Shown here: positions 49,641 to 59,952 of the stretch, in pieces
Layout of the letters: each line of letters starts with the position of its first letter
How positions within the stretch are numbered: the first letter of the stretch is position 1
Source: Nitrospinaceae bacterium
GTDB taxonomy: Bacteria; Nitrospinota; Nitrospinia; Nitrospinales; Nitrospinaceae
Assembly (NCBI GenBank): GCA_965223665.1
Contig: OZ245011.1
Span: forward strand, 832,001-896,000
Reading direction: 5' to 3'
Length of the DNA: 64,000 nt
Program-made: the position numbers and the translations under genes
The notes under the pieces: generated by a model
What the model saw: only the letters and a program-made list of their open reading frames with translations
Databases searched by the model: none
What the model was told of the DNA's origin: nothing

Positions 49641-49656
49641 TGGTATGGCCTTTGCA
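49641..49656 (+). promoter_or_regulatory. Sigma54 -24/-12 site upstream of the lptC-lptA-lptB-rpoN operon
   Basis: TGGTATGGCCTTTGCA = TGG-N10-GC with TTGCA; just downstream of a possible sigma70 promoter TTTACA-17-CATCAT (49604-49632). Confidence 0.65.
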
Positions 49657-49679
49657 TATCCCAACCTCGTTTTTAAATT

Positions 49680-50105
49680 ATGCATATAAAAATCAGGTTA
49701 TTTATTTTGATTTTAATTGTAATCCTTTCGGGTTTTTTCTGGACAAGTTTCCAGAACGATACTTCTAAAGAAGAAATCCCCAAAATATCCACAAGTCAAA
49801 TTGAATCGAAAGCAGATATTGAAATAAAAAACTTTAATGTAAAGCATGAGGTTTTAGGTCAGAAAGATTGGGAAATAAAGGCTAATCATGCGGAAATTGA
49901 TAATGAAAATCATGAGATAAAACTAAAGGAAGTCGAAGTGACTCTTACTATGAATGAAAACCAAAAATCAGTTATCTCTGCATCTACTGGAACTATTAAT
50001 AATGCGACTCGAGACGTTGAATTGAATGGAAATGTTCACTTCGTTACGGATGCTGATAGCCTTTTTAGTCAATTGGCAAATAATAAAAATTCCAAGGTTC
50101 AATAA
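49680..50105 (+). CDS. lptC: LPS export protein LptC
   Basis: Single N-terminal TM helix, WEIKANHA, VELNGNV beta-jellyroll pattern; upstream of lptA-lptB. Confidence 0.85.
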   Translation: MHIKIRLFILILIVILSGFFWTSFQNDTSKEEIPKISTSQIESKADIEIKNFNVKHEVLGQKDWEIKANHAEIDNENHEIKLKEVEVTLTMNENQKSVISASTGTINNATRDVELNGNVHFVTDADSLFSQLANNKNSKVQ

Positions 50106-50117
50106 ACAATTAAAGTA

Positions 50118-50720
50118 ATGATCTATCCCTATTTAAAAATTCTTAGATTAAAATATTTCATTTATCTTTGGTGTGTTATTTTCGTTCTATTTCCAAAGCT
50201 TGGATTTTCACAACCCTCCCTTAATTCCAAGGATAAACAAGACCCAATTGAAATCACTTCCGAACGCATGCGGTCTGAAAATAATGGACACAAAATAATA
50301 TTTTCGGGAAATGTTAAAAGCATTTGGGGCGATCTTGAAATGAATTCTGATGTCTTAGAAATATACTCACAGGGAACAGCGGACGAATCAAAACCCAAAA
50401 ATAAAAAGTTCACAGAGGGGCAGGAACTGGACGAAATCATTGCCATTGGTTCAGTAAAAATCACAAAAGGTGATAGGCGGGCGGAAGGAGATCGAGCTAT
50501 CTATTATGATAAGCAACAGAAAATAATTTTAACCGGCAAACCCTATGCTACTGCTTGGGAGGGAAAAAATATTATCAAGGGACGTGAGATGATTTTCTTT
50601 TTAGAAAAAGATCGCTTTGACGTCAATAAGCGCGTTCGCCTGACCCTTTTCCCCAAAAGTCAGAAAAACTCAAAAAAAAGTCGAGTTAGTTTAAAGGACC
50701 CGGCAAAAAATACGAACTGA
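50118..50720 (+). CDS. lptA: LPS transport periplasmic protein LptA
   Basis: PIEITSERM, IFSGNV, IIAIGSVKI, AEGDRAIY, IILTGKP, IKGREM. Confidence 0.9.
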   Translation: MIYPYLKILRLKYFIYLWCVIFVLFPKLGFSQPSLNSKDKQDPIEITSERMRSENNGHKIIFSGNVKSIWGDLEMNSDVLEIYSQGTADESKPKNKKFTEGQELDEIIAIGSVKITKGDRRAEGDRAIYYDKQQKIILTGKPYATAWEGKNIIKGREMIFFLEKDRFDVNKRVRLTLFPKSQKNSKKSRVSLKDPAKNTN

Positions 50721-51446
50721 ATGAAAAAACAATTAAATACAAAAGGGTTAGTTAAAGCCTATCGAAATCGTAGGGTGGTCAATCAAATTAGTTTAGAGGT
50801 AAACCAGGGAGAAGTGGTTGGATTATTAGGTCCTAATGGAGCTGGAAAAACAACTACTTTTTATATGGTGGTTGGCCTTACCCGTCCAGATCAAGGACAA
50901 GTTTTGTTGAATAAGGAAGATTTAACCTCTTATCCTATGTATATGAGAGCAAAAAAGGGGATTAGTTATCTTCCCCAGGAACCGTCGGTATTTCGAAAAC
51001 TGTCAGTTGAGGAAAATTTATTGGCTGTTTTAGAATCTCAAAATCTACCTTATCCTGAAAGAAAGAAACAAGCAAAAGCGTTGTTAAAAGAATTTAACAT
51101 TTTGCATATAAAAGACTCTAAGGGCTTTTCCCTTTCAGGAGGTGAACGTCGGCGAGTGGAAATCAGTAGAGCTTTAGCAACTTCACCAATTTTTATTTTA
51201 TTGGATGAGCCATTTGCCGGTATAGACCCTATCGCGGTCTCGGATATCCAGGATATTGTGAGACAATTGAAGCAAAAGGGAATTGGGGTTTTAATTACAG
51301 ATCATAATGTTCGGGAAACTTTAAGTATTACAGACCGCGCATATATAATTAGCGAAGGAAAAATTGTTTCTTCGGGATTACCTAAAGACGTGGCCAAAGA
51401 TGAGAAAGTTAAAGAAGTCTATTTAGGTGAACAGTTTACTTTTTAA
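50721..51446 (+). CDS. lptB: LPS export ABC ATPase LptB
   Basis: [59 protein letters not shown]. Confidence 0.97.
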   Translation: MKKQLNTKGLVKAYRNRRVVNQISLEVNQGEVVGLLGPNGAGKTTTFYMVVGLTRPDQGQVLLNKEDLTSYPMYMRAKKGISYLPQEPSVFRKLSVEENLLAVLESQNLPYPERKKQAKALLKEFNILHIKDSKGFSLSGGERRRVEISRALATSPIFILLDEPFAGIDPIAVSDIQDIVRQLKQKGIGVLITDHNVRETLSITDRAYIISEGKIVSSGLPKDVAKDEKVKEVYLGEQFTF

Positions 51447-51465
51447 AATAAAGGAACGCTAAATT

Positions 51466-52917
51466 ATGGCAATGGAGATGAAACTAAATATAAAAATGGC
51501 CCAAAAGTTGGTCATGACTCCTATGCTACAGCAAGCCATCAAGCTTCTACCCTTAGCTCGGTTGGAGCTAGCGTCCCTGGTTAGGCAAGAAATGGTAGAA
51601 AATCCAGTATTGGAAGAAATATTAGAAGATGAACAGGAATTAAAGCAAGAAAACGAAAATGATGATTCCAATTCTGAAAAAAACGATACATTAGATAAAA
51701 GCTTGGATGAGCCCATCGCCGACAACTCAGAAAACCCAGTGGAACAAGAAACCGACTGGGATAATTATTTACAAGATAATATTGACCGAGGGGTTTCTGC
51801 AGATAGTTTAATTGAACGTCCCAGTATTGAAGCTACCTATAACAAAGAACCCTCCCTATCCGACCATCTTTTTTGGCAACTAAACCTTTCTTTGAATACC
51901 GACAAGGAAAAATATATTGGCTCTTTTATAATTGGCAATATCCAAAATGACGGCTATTTTACGGGAGATGTGTCTGAAATTTCACAGGCTTGCCAAACAA
52001 CAGAAGAAGAAGTTTTAAAAGTTTTAAAAACTATCCAATCCTTTGAACCTATTGGAGTTGGTGCCAGAAGTTTAAAAGAATGCCTCCTAGCTCAGGCCAA
52101 GGCATTCCCTGAACCGGATTCTCTGGTGGAAACATTAATTGAAAACCATTTGGAAAAACTAGAGGACCGATATATACCCAAAATTTCTTCACAATTAAAA
52201 TTGCCACTGGAAGATATAGTAAATGCTGTAAAGAAAATAAAAGGATTAAATCCTAAACCGGGGCTTTTATTTAACTCCGAGAGTTTTGATTATGTCATTC
52301 CCGATTTAGTAGTTATTCGAACAGAAGAAGGGTACGATGTCCTTCTGAATGATGAGGGAATTCCTAAGCTTCGTATTAGCTCTTATTACCATGATTTGTT
52401 AAAAAGTACTTGCGAAAATCAAACAAAAGAATATTTAGAATCTAAGTACCGGTCAGCCCTTTGGTTAATAAAAAGTATCGATCAGCGTAGACAGACAATT
52501 TATAAAGTAGGAAAAAGTATTGTAAAACTTCAAAATGAGTTTTTGGAAAAAGGGCTTTCTTATTTAAAACCTATGGTATTAAAAGATGTTGCGCAAGATA
52601 TTGAAATGCATGAGTCAACTGTTAGCAGAATTACCACAAATAAATACATAGACACCCCCCAGGGTATATTTGAACTAAAATTCTTTTTTCACAGCGGAGT
52701 AAAGTCTTTTGTAGGAAATAATAATTTATCGTCCATAAGGGTAAAAAGTATGATAAAGGAAATTGTTTCCGAAGAAGATCCTCAAAAACCTTTAACTGAT
52801 GATGAAATGGTTGAAGTTTTAATGAAAAGAAATGCCAAAATTGCTCGTAGGACTGTTACAAAGTATAGAAAAGAATTAAACATACCACCCACAAATAAAA
52901 GAAAAAAATTTTATTGA
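51466..52917 (+). CDS. rpoN: RNA polymerase sigma-54 factor
   Basis: QKLVMTPMLQQAIKLL, HESTVSR, RpoN box ARRTVTKYR. Confidence 0.98.
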   Translation: MAMEMKLNIKMAQKLVMTPMLQQAIKLLPLARLELASLVRQEMVENPVLEEILEDEQELKQENENDDSNSEKNDTLDKSLDEPIADNSENPVEQETDWDNYLQDNIDRGVSADSLIERPSIEATYNKEPSLSDHLFWQLNLSLNTDKEKYIGSFIIGNIQNDGYFTGDVSEISQACQTTEEEVLKVLKTIQSFEPIGVGARSLKECLLAQAKAFPEPDSLVETLIENHLEKLEDRYIPKISSQLKLPLEDIVNAVKKIKGLNPKPGLLFNSESFDYVIPDLVVIRTEEGYDVLLNDEGIPKLRISSYYHDLLKSTCENQTKEYLESKYRSALWLIKSIDQRRQTIYKVGKSIVKLQNEFLEKGLSYLKPMVLKDVAQDIEMHESTVSRITTNKYIDTPQGIFELKFFFHSGVKSFVGNNNLSSIRVKSMIKEIVSEEDPQKPLTDDEMVEVLMKRNAKIARRTVTKYRKELNIPPTNKRKKFY

Positions 52918-52996
52918 TAGAACTTCGCGTTCTTAGTATCGTTAACTCTAAAAGCATTGATCCAAGGAACAATCCAGGTTGTGAGGAGAATCAATC

Positions 52997-53332
52997 ATGA
53001 AATTAACTGTCACAGGTAGAAAAGTAAAAATCACGCAAGGAATCGAAGATCATCTCAATAAAAAGCTAGAGAAAGCGTTGGCAAATATTAATGATGCCGC
53101 AGATGTCCACATTGCTTTGGCTGTGGAAAAACATCGACATTTTGCTGAAATTACTATCAAAACCAAAGGGTTTTCTGTTCATAGTGAATCCGAAACCGAA
53201 GATCTATATACAGCCATGGATCAAGCAGTAGATAAAATTGAGAAGCAATTACGAAAGCATAAAGACCGAGCGAAAAGTAAACAAATCAAGCAGAGTGTTG
53301 CGGAAAAAGAAAAACAAGTTGGCCTAAGCTAA
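52997..53332 (+). CDS. hpf: Ribosome hibernation promoting factor (short HPF/RaiA)
   Basis: LTVTGRKVKIT, EDLYTAMDQAVDKIEKQLRKHK; follows rpoN. Confidence 0.93.
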   Translation: MKLTVTGRKVKITQGIEDHLNKKLEKALANINDAADVHIALAVEKHRHFAEITIKTKGFSVHSESETEDLYTAMDQAVDKIEKQLRKHKDRAKSKQIKQSVAEKEKQVGLS

Positions 53333-53369
53333 AATTATTTATAGTGATTTTTGAAGTGATTTTATTTCC

Positions 53370-53834
53370 ATGAAATTAAGTGAAATTCTAAAGGAGGATT
53401 TTATTATCCCCAATTTAACTGCTAAAACCAAATCAGAAACTATTTCTGAACTTTGCCAGTTTTTAGAAAAAAAAGGAGTTATCAACGACAGCGAAAAATT
53501 TAAAAATGCCCTTCTAGAAAGAGAAAAACTGGGCAGTACAGGAATTGGAGATAACGTTGCCATCCCTCATGCAAAAATCAGCGAAATAAACGCTATCAAT
53601 ATTTTATTTGCTCGCTCCATTGAGGGCATTTCCTATGAAGCTCTAGATAAAAAACCCGTTCATTTTGTTTTCCTATTATTGGCTCCATCTGACAGCACGA
53701 ATTTACATTTAAAAGCATTAGCACGAATTGCCCGTGTTCTTCAAAATGAAGAATTAAGAAATCAAATTCTTGTCGCCAATGACGGGCCAGTTATTTATTC
53801 AAAACTTTTAGAGGAAGATTCTAAAATTGATTAG
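53370..53834 (+). CDS. ptsN: PTS EIIA(Ntr)-like protein
   Basis: REKLGSTGIGDNVAIPHA, HLKALARIAR. Confidence 0.92.
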   Translation: MKLSEILKEDFIIPNLTAKTKSETISELCQFLEKKGVINDSEKFKNALLEREKLGSTGIGDNVAIPHAKISEINAINILFARSIEGISYEALDKKPVHFVFLLLAPSDSTNLHLKALARIARVLQNEELRNQILVANDGPVIYSKLLEEDSKID

Positions 53835-53854
53835 CCCATTCCAAACACTCGTAG

Positions 53855-55636
53855 ATGAGTTTTAAAAATATGTTTAATGGTATCCCAGTCTCTAGCGGAA
53901 TAGCAATTGGGAAAGCTTATTTGTTAGACCGCTCCAAAGTATGTGTGATCAAACGGCAAATTCCCGACGATGAAATCGAAAGGGAAATTGAGCGGCTCCG
54001 CGATGCAATTCAATTATCTAAAAATCAACTGCAGGACATTAAGACCAGGGCTAGTAGTATTGCCGATAAATATTCCATCATATTAGATACATATACTCTT
54101 CTTTTAGAAGACGAGCTTTTGGTAAATGAAACCATTGATAAAATAAAAAGTGAAAAAATCAATCCAGAGTGGGCTCTCACAAAAACTTTAGAAAAGTTCA
54201 CAAGACTATTTGACAATATCAATGATGAATATTTGAAAGGGAAAAGAGACGATTTAGATCTTGTGGTTCATGGTGTAATTAAAAACTTAATAGGTCACCA
54301 GCAAGAAAGTTTATCCGATATTGATGAACCCGTTATAATTATCACTCACGCGTTAAGCCCCTCAGATACTTTGATGATGTCGAAAAGCTTTATTCTGGGA
54401 ATGGCTACTGAAGTGGGAGGAAAAACTTCTCATGTTGCAATTTTTGCTTCAGCCTTAGGAATTCCTGCGGTAGTCGGGGTCAATAGTCTTACTCAAAACA
54501 TAAATTCCGGAGATCAAGTAATTATTGATGGTCTAAAAGGAGAAATCATTGTCTCTCCTGACGAGAAACTGTTAGAGAAATATTATAAAAAACAAGAGAC
54601 TTATTTAAAATATGAAAAAAATCTTCTTAAGGAAATTAATCTTGTTTCGAAAACATTAGATGGGCATGAGGTAAAACTTTTTGCCAATATTGAATCATTG
54701 CATGAAGTGAAGTCTGTAAGAAAATATGGCGGAGAAGGAATTGGACTATATAGAACGGAATTTATGTATCTCACCGCAAATCCCTTTCCAACAGAGAATG
54801 ATCTGTTTCTAAATTTCAAGAAGGTCGTTTCGGGAATGAACCCTCACCCGGTTATCATCCGAACACTAGATATTGGATCAGACAAACAAATTTATAATGA
54901 TAATGAAGTGGTTGAAGCGAATCCTGCCTTAGGACTAAGGGGAATTCGTTTGTCATTAATTAATCCTGAGTTATTCAAATGCCAAATGAAGGGTATCTTA
55001 AGAGCCAGCCTTTACGGTAAAGCGAAAATCCTTTACCCTATGATCTCAGGGGTTGAGGAGGTAATCCAAGCCAATAAGTATCTAGAACAGGCCAAAGAAG
55101 AATTAAAAAAAGCACAAATTCCATATGATGAGGAAATCGAAATAGGTGCCATGATAGAAACTCCTGCGGCTGCGTTAAGTTTGCAGTCCATTTTAAAAGA
55201 AGTGGATTTTATTAGTATTGGAACCAATGATCTCATCCAATATATTCTTGCAGTGGATAGGATTAATGAAAACGTAGCTCATTTGTACCAACCCTTTCAC
55301 CCATCTATTCTCAGGGTTTTAAAGGAGATTTTTTCGATTTCAGAATCTATGGGAAAATCGGTATCCATATGTGGAGAGTTAGGCGGAGATCCTCTTGCAA
55401 CATTCTTATTACTAGGATTGGGTAAAGTCCATGAATTAAGCATGGAACCTCATTCAATTCCAAAAGTAAAAAAAATTTTAAGGAAAGTAACACTAAAAGA
55501 CGCAGAAGGATTTGCCAATACGATTTTATCACTATCAACCGTTGAAGAGATTAATCGTTTTATTATCCAGGAAATGTCTACCCGTTTCCCTATGGAGTTT
55601 GACAGGGAATTAAATTACGGTGAAAAAACTTCTTAA
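53855..55636 (+). CDS. ptsI: PEP-protein phosphotransferase (Enzyme I)
   Basis: GGKTSHVAI (phospho-His), GIGLYRTEF, RTLDIGSDK, EANPALGLRGIR, SIGTNDLIQY, CGELGGD. Confidence 0.97.
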   Translation: MSFKNMFNGIPVSSGIAIGKAYLLDRSKVCVIKRQIPDDEIEREIERLRDAIQLSKNQLQDIKTRASSIADKYSIILDTYTLLLEDELLVNETIDKIKSEKINPEWALTKTLEKFTRLFDNINDEYLKGKRDDLDLVVHGVIKNLIGHQQESLSDIDEPVIIITHALSPSDTLMMSKSFILGMATEVGGKTSHVAIFASALGIPAVVGVNSLTQNINSGDQVIIDGLKGEIIVSPDEKLLEKYYKKQETYLKYEKNLLKEINLVSKTLDGHEVKLFANIESLHEVKSVRKYGGEGIGLYRTEFMYLTANPFPTENDLFLNFKKVVSGMNPHPVIIRTLDIGSDKQIYNDNEVVEANPALGLRGIRLSLINPELFKCQMKGILRASLYGKAKILYPMISGVEEVIQANKYLEQAKEELKKAQIPYDEEIEIGAMIETPAAALSLQSILKEVDFISIGTNDLIQYILAVDRINENVAHLYQPFHPSILRVLKEIFSISESMGKSVSICGELGGDPLATFLLLGLGKVHELSMEPHSIPKVKKILRKVTLKDAEGFANTILSLSTVEEINRFIIQEMSTRFPMEFDRELNYGEKTS

Positions 55637-55724
55637 TAAATAAAAATCCACAAAATATTATTAACCTCATCTACCAAGGTGTGGACCATCATTCACAATT
55701 TTTCTGAAAGTTAAGGAATGTTTA

Positions 55725-56885
55725 ATGAACAAAAATAATTACTTATTTACTTCTGAGTCAGTATCCGAAGGTCACCCCGATAAAATTGCTGACCAAATTT
55801 CGGATGGCGTTTTAGATGCTATTTTAGAACAAGATGGCAAATCACGAGTTGCATGTGAAACAATGGTTACTACAGGACTCGTTATAGTTTCTGGAGAAGT
55901 TACCACAAAAGCCAGAATTGATATTCCAAAAATCGCTCGAAATACAATTAAGGAGATTGGTTACTCTAGCTCTGACATGGGTTTTGATTATGAAACCTGT
56001 GGAGTAATGGTCACCTTGGATAAACAGTCCCCGGATATTGCAATGGGGGTGGATTCCCATGATAAAGAGCAGGGTGCAGGAGACCAGGGAATGATGTTTG
56101 GATATGCTAGTAATGAAACCAAAGAATTAATGCCAACTCCAATTTTATATGCACATAAATTGGTAAAACGTTTAGCGGATGTTCGAAAAAGTGGTGACCT
56201 CCCCTTTTTACGCCCAGACAGTAAATCTCAAGTATCAGTAAGATATGAAAATGGAAAACCTACCAAAATAGAAACGGTGGTAATTTCTACCCAACATTCG
56301 CCGGAAGTCAAAACAAAAACTCTTCAAAATGAAGTCAAAAAACACGTGATAAATCATGTTATCCCAGAGGAATTTCGTCATAAAAAAATGAAGATTCACA
56401 TTAATCCTACCGGCCGCTTTGTAATAGGAGGTCCTCAAGGAGATTGTGGATTAACCGGAAGAAAAATAATTGTAGATACCTATGGAGGATTTTCCCGTCA
56501 CGGTGGTGGAGCCTTTTCTGGTAAAGACTCCTCTAAAGTAGACCGTTCTGCAGCCTATATGGCAAGATATATCGCAAAAAACCTGGTTGCTGCAAAAGTT
56601 GCGGACCGTTGTGAAGTCCAGTTGGCTTACGCAATTGGAGTGGCAGACCCTGTTTCCATATTCGTAGAAACATTCGATACACACCGAATTGATCCTAAGC
56701 TTTTTGAGGGATTGATACGCAACCATTTTGATCTTAAACCCGCTGGTATTATGAAAACTTTGGACCTAAGAAAACCTCGATTCCAAGCTACAGCGGCTTA
56801 TGGCCATTTCGGAAGAAGGGAGAAAGAATTTACATGGGAGAAAACCGATAAAGCCAAAGCTATAAAAAAAGCTGCAGGTTTATAA
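55725..56885 (+). CDS. metK: S-adenosylmethionine synthetase
   Basis: [42 protein letters not shown]. Confidence 0.99.
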   Translation: MNKNNYLFTSESVSEGHPDKIADQISDGVLDAILEQDGKSRVACETMVTTGLVIVSGEVTTKARIDIPKIARNTIKEIGYSSSDMGFDYETCGVMVTLDKQSPDIAMGVDSHDKEQGAGDQGMMFGYASNETKELMPTPILYAHKLVKRLADVRKSGDLPFLRPDSKSQVSVRYENGKPTKIETVVISTQHSPEVKTKTLQNEVKKHVINHVIPEEFRHKKMKIHINPTGRFVIGGPQGDCGLTGRKIIVDTYGGFSRHGGGAFSGKDSSKVDRSAAYMARYIAKNLVAAKVADRCEVQLAYAIGVADPVSIFVETFDTHRIDPKLFEGLIRNHFDLKPAGIMKTLDLRKPRFQATAAYGHFGRREKEFTWEKTDKAKAIKKAAGL

Positions 56886-56945
56886 AACTTTGCCCTTGTT
56901 GTCGTATAAGTTCTCTTTATAATAGATAGTAAGGGTTAAACAAAT

Positions 56946-57998
56946 ATGACAACAGAAAAAATTAGAATTGGAATTATCGGGGCCGGGGAAAATGCTTGCA
57001 AAGTGCACATTCCCAATTTTTTGGCCATTCCTGGAGTAGAAATTCTCGAAGTTGCCAACCGATCAACTTCATCTGCTCAAAGGGTAGCTGAGCAATTTAA
57101 TATCCCCACTATTAGAAAATCCTGGCAGGACTTAGTTAAATCCACTGAATTGGATGCTGTTCTAATCGGCACTTGGCCTTACCTGCATTATGAAGCAACA
57201 TGTAGCGCCTTGGAAGAGGGAAAACATGTTCTTTGTGAAGCTAGAATGTCAATGGACGAAGCCGAAGCCAGGCAAATGCTCCGGATGTCTTATAAACACC
57301 CGGAATGTGTCGCTCAATTAGTTCCTTCCCCTTTTACTTTAAAGGTCGATCAGACCATCTTGAGATATTTGGATGAGTATCGGATTGGGCGTCCCTTATT
57401 CTTTGAGTTTCATTACCACCAAACTTCCAATTGTCATCAAAGCGGAGTCTTACATTGGAGGAGAAATAAAAAATACACCGGTAAAAACATTATGGTGCTC
57501 GGGATCATTTATGAATCCCTTTTAAGATGGTTCGGTCCTGCCAAATGGGTTAGTTCCCAGGCAGAGACATTTTTAAATAAAGCCAGGGACCCAGATACTG
57601 GAGAAATTGTAAATGTTTCAGTTCCCGATTATCTAACAGTTCAGATGCAAATGAATAATGGGATCATGGGATCTTTATTTATTTCAGAAGCAGGATTTCA
57701 TAATAAACCTCCCTACATAAAAGTTTTCGGGGATAAAGGAACCCTACTTTATGAATTCAAAGTAGATGGAAACCTCTGGTATGGTCAACCAAACGAATCT
57801 GAAATGCATTTAGTTCAAATTTCTAAAGAAGAAGAAGGAAAATGGCGTGTTGAAGAGGAATTCGTAAACTCCATTCGAGGAGAAGAAGAAGTTCTTTACA
57901 CCACCTTCACAACCGGCGTAGAATACATGAAATTTACTGAAGCCGTGAACCAAAGTTTTAATAATAACGGAGATCGGATTCCCATTACTACTGGTTAA
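56946..57998 (+). CDS. Gfo/Idh/MocA family oxidoreductase
   Basis: IRIGIIGAG, DAVLIGTWP, GKHVLCEARM. Confidence 0.88.
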   Translation: MTTEKIRIGIIGAGENACKVHIPNFLAIPGVEILEVANRSTSSAQRVAEQFNIPTIRKSWQDLVKSTELDAVLIGTWPYLHYEATCSALEEGKHVLCEARMSMDEAEARQMLRMSYKHPECVAQLVPSPFTLKVDQTILRYLDEYRIGRPLFFEFHYHQTSNCHQSGVLHWRRNKKYTGKNIMVLGIIYESLLRWFGPAKWVSSQAETFLNKARDPDTGEIVNVSVPDYLTVQMQMNNGIMGSLFISEAGFHNKPPYIKVFGDKGTLLYEFKVDGNLWYGQPNESEMHLVQISKEEEGKWRVEEEFVNSIRGEEEVLYTTFTTGVEYMKFTEAVNQSFNNNGDRIPITTG

Positions 57999-58010
57999 AG
58001 CCCAGGAAAA

Positions 58011-58697
58011 ATGAAAACTATTGACCTCCATTCATGGAGGCTTTCCCCCTCCCAAGCAAAACAAATCCAAATTGAATTTGCGCCAAAAGTTAAATCAACT
58101 AACCTTTTTAAAATCCCCAAAATAATTGCAGGAACAGATATAAGTTATAATAAAAAAGATCCTATTGGTTATGCTGGGGTGGTTCTATTGAAGGCCGATT
58201 CCTTGGATATTATCGAAGAATTTACATTGAAAGGTGAACTCACTTTCCCTTATGTCCCTGGATTATTATCCTTCCGCGAAGGTCCTCTTTTAATTAAATT
58301 ACTTCAAAAAGTCCACCCTATCCCTGATTTAATTTTTTTTGATGGACATGGAATAGCTCATCCGCGAAGATTTGGTTTGGCAGTTCATTTAGGATTATTT
58401 TTAAATTCTCCAACCATTGGCTGCGCCAAGAGTCGACTAGTGGGTTCATACAAAGAACCTGACAATAAAAAAGGATCTGTGTCCAACTTAATTGATGAAA
58501 ACGGATTTACTCTCGGCTCAGTTATTAGGTCAAAGGAAAATTGCAAACCTATATTTATTTCTCAAGGACATAAAATAAATTTAAAAGATTCCATTGAATG
58601 GACTCTTAAATGCACAGATCGGTATCGGATTCCAGAACCCACACGGTTGGCTCACTTATTAGTCAATCGATTTCGCAAGGAATGTTCAAAAACTTAA
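58011..58697 (+). CDS. nfi: Endonuclease V
   Basis: IAGTDISY, FPYVPGLLSFRE, DGHGIAHPRRFGLA, IGCAKS, YRIPEPTRLAH. Confidence 0.96.
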   Translation: MKTIDLHSWRLSPSQAKQIQIEFAPKVKSTNLFKIPKIIAGTDISYNKKDPIGYAGVVLLKADSLDIIEEFTLKGELTFPYVPGLLSFREGPLLIKLLQKVHPIPDLIFFDGHGIAHPRRFGLAVHLGLFLNSPTIGCAKSRLVGSYKEPDNKKGSVSNLIDENGFTLGSVIRSKENCKPIFISQGHKINLKDSIEWTLKCTDRYRIPEPTRLAHLLVNRFRKECSKT

Positions 58698-59431
58698 TTT
58701 TTTTTACAAACCAACATATACGCTCCCCCTCCGTAGACAATACTCTTTTTCTCAATTTCAAACCCCGCATCCTCCAAATCCTGGCAAAATTCCTCTAAAG
58801 AACTAGCATGCCAAACTCCAGACTTCAATTGTTTTTCAATATACCTCAGTCCTAAAGCAAGCGTCAGGGGATATAAAATAAATTGACGAATCATCAAAAC
58901 TAAATTCCCTACCTTTAATTTAGAACTTTCTAAACTCTCTTTAATGATATTTTTTGCTTTGTATTCTTTTGAGGGATTTGTCACAAAAAATTTTCCTTTT
59001 GGTTTTAGAATTTTAAAAATTTGGCGGTAAACACTTTTCCTAGTCTCCGGTTCGCTTAAGGTATAAATAGAAAAATGTGCCACTACAGTATCTATCGATT
59101 GGGAGGCCACCGGGATCCCATTTTCTAAATCAAAAGCCATAACTCGTGTCCGATTTTTTAGTCCTAATTTCATTGATTTATTTTTTACCTCTGTTAATCC
59201 AGAAACTAAACGATCACAGCCAATATATTCTCCACTTTTAAAAAAATTTCTGTCTAAAGTATTAAGTAGCAAACCGGATCCACAGCCAACGTCTAGCACC
59301 CTACCCAAATTATTCCCATTTACTTCATTAGCAATCTGGGTTAAAGAATCCAGGTAAGCTTGAGGTGTAAGAAAATCATATAATTTAGTCGCAAACCCTA
59401 CCTTCCAGTAATTTTTATAAAGAGAGATCAA
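58694..59431 (-). CDS. Class I SAM-dependent methyltransferase
   Basis: VLDVGCGSG motif I, ILKPKGKF; TTG start with GGAG upstream. Confidence 0.88.
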   Translation of the reverse strand: MISLYKNYWKVGFATKLYDFLTPQAYLDSLTQIANEVNGNNLGRVLDVGCGSGLLLNTLDRNFFKSGEYIGCDRLVSGLTEVKNKSMKLGLKNRTRVMAFDLENGIPVASQSIDTVVAHFSIYTLSEPETRKSVYRQIFKILKPKGKFFVTNPSKEYKAKNIIKESLESSKLKVGNLVLMIRQFILYPLTLALGLRYIEKQLKSGVWHASSLEEFCQDLEDAGFEIEKKSIVYGGGAYMLVCKKN

Positions 59432-59449
59432 ATTTTAAAGTCTCCTGTC

Positions 59450-59478
59450 TTGTTCTAAAAATCAAAAGACAATATAAT
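59450..59478 (+). promoter_or_regulatory. Sigma70-type promoter for the 59513 gene
   Basis: TTGTTC-17 nt-TATAAT, then AGGAG RBS. Confidence 0.55.
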
Positions 59479-59512
59479 ATCTCAGCAATTTGTTCTTAGG
59501 AGAATATTTTTC

Positions 59513-59947
59513 ATGGCAAAAAAACCATTTATAAATAAATATGGGTTCGTGGAATATCCCTTCCTTCATGATCAGCGAAAGGGTAAAAACTGGTGGTTTT
59601 TTAATTTATTGGAAGATCACCTTAAACGCCGAGCTCGGCAAAAACATGGTTCAGACTACACTCGGGATCATATGGATGAAGATATGATGAGTTTCCTGGC
59701 GCAAACCAAACTCAAATTCTACGCATTAGTGCCTGTGGGTATGGGAATGGAGTTTAAACTTATTGGTAAATATGACACAAAAGATTTAATTGAAATTGAA
59801 GATCCCGTTCCTTTCATCGAAGAAAAGTATGGGGGCGGTAAATTTAAGGTTAATATCTACCATGAAGGAACTTTTGCCGGTACAGAAAATTATAAAACCC
59901 ACGGTGACCCGGACTGGATCGAGATTCCAGACGATGACTTAGGATAA
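59513..59947 (+). CDS. Hypothetical cytoplasmic protein (144 aa)
   Basis: Clean ORF with promoter and AGGAG RBS; no recognised family. Confidence 0.85.
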   Translation: MAKKPFINKYGFVEYPFLHDQRKGKNWWFFNLLEDHLKRRARQKHGSDYTRDHMDEDMMSFLAQTKLKFYALVPVGMGMEFKLIGKYDTKDLIEIEDPVPFIEEKYGGGKFKVNIYHEGTFAGTENYKTHGDPDWIEIPDDDLG

Positions 59948-59952
59948 AAATC

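Noticed and set aside
55637-55724. SAM riboswitch upstream of metK
   Set aside because: Only 88 nt with a weak TCCACA/TGTGGA inverted repeat; no SAM-I, II, III, V or SAM-SAH consensus recognisable.
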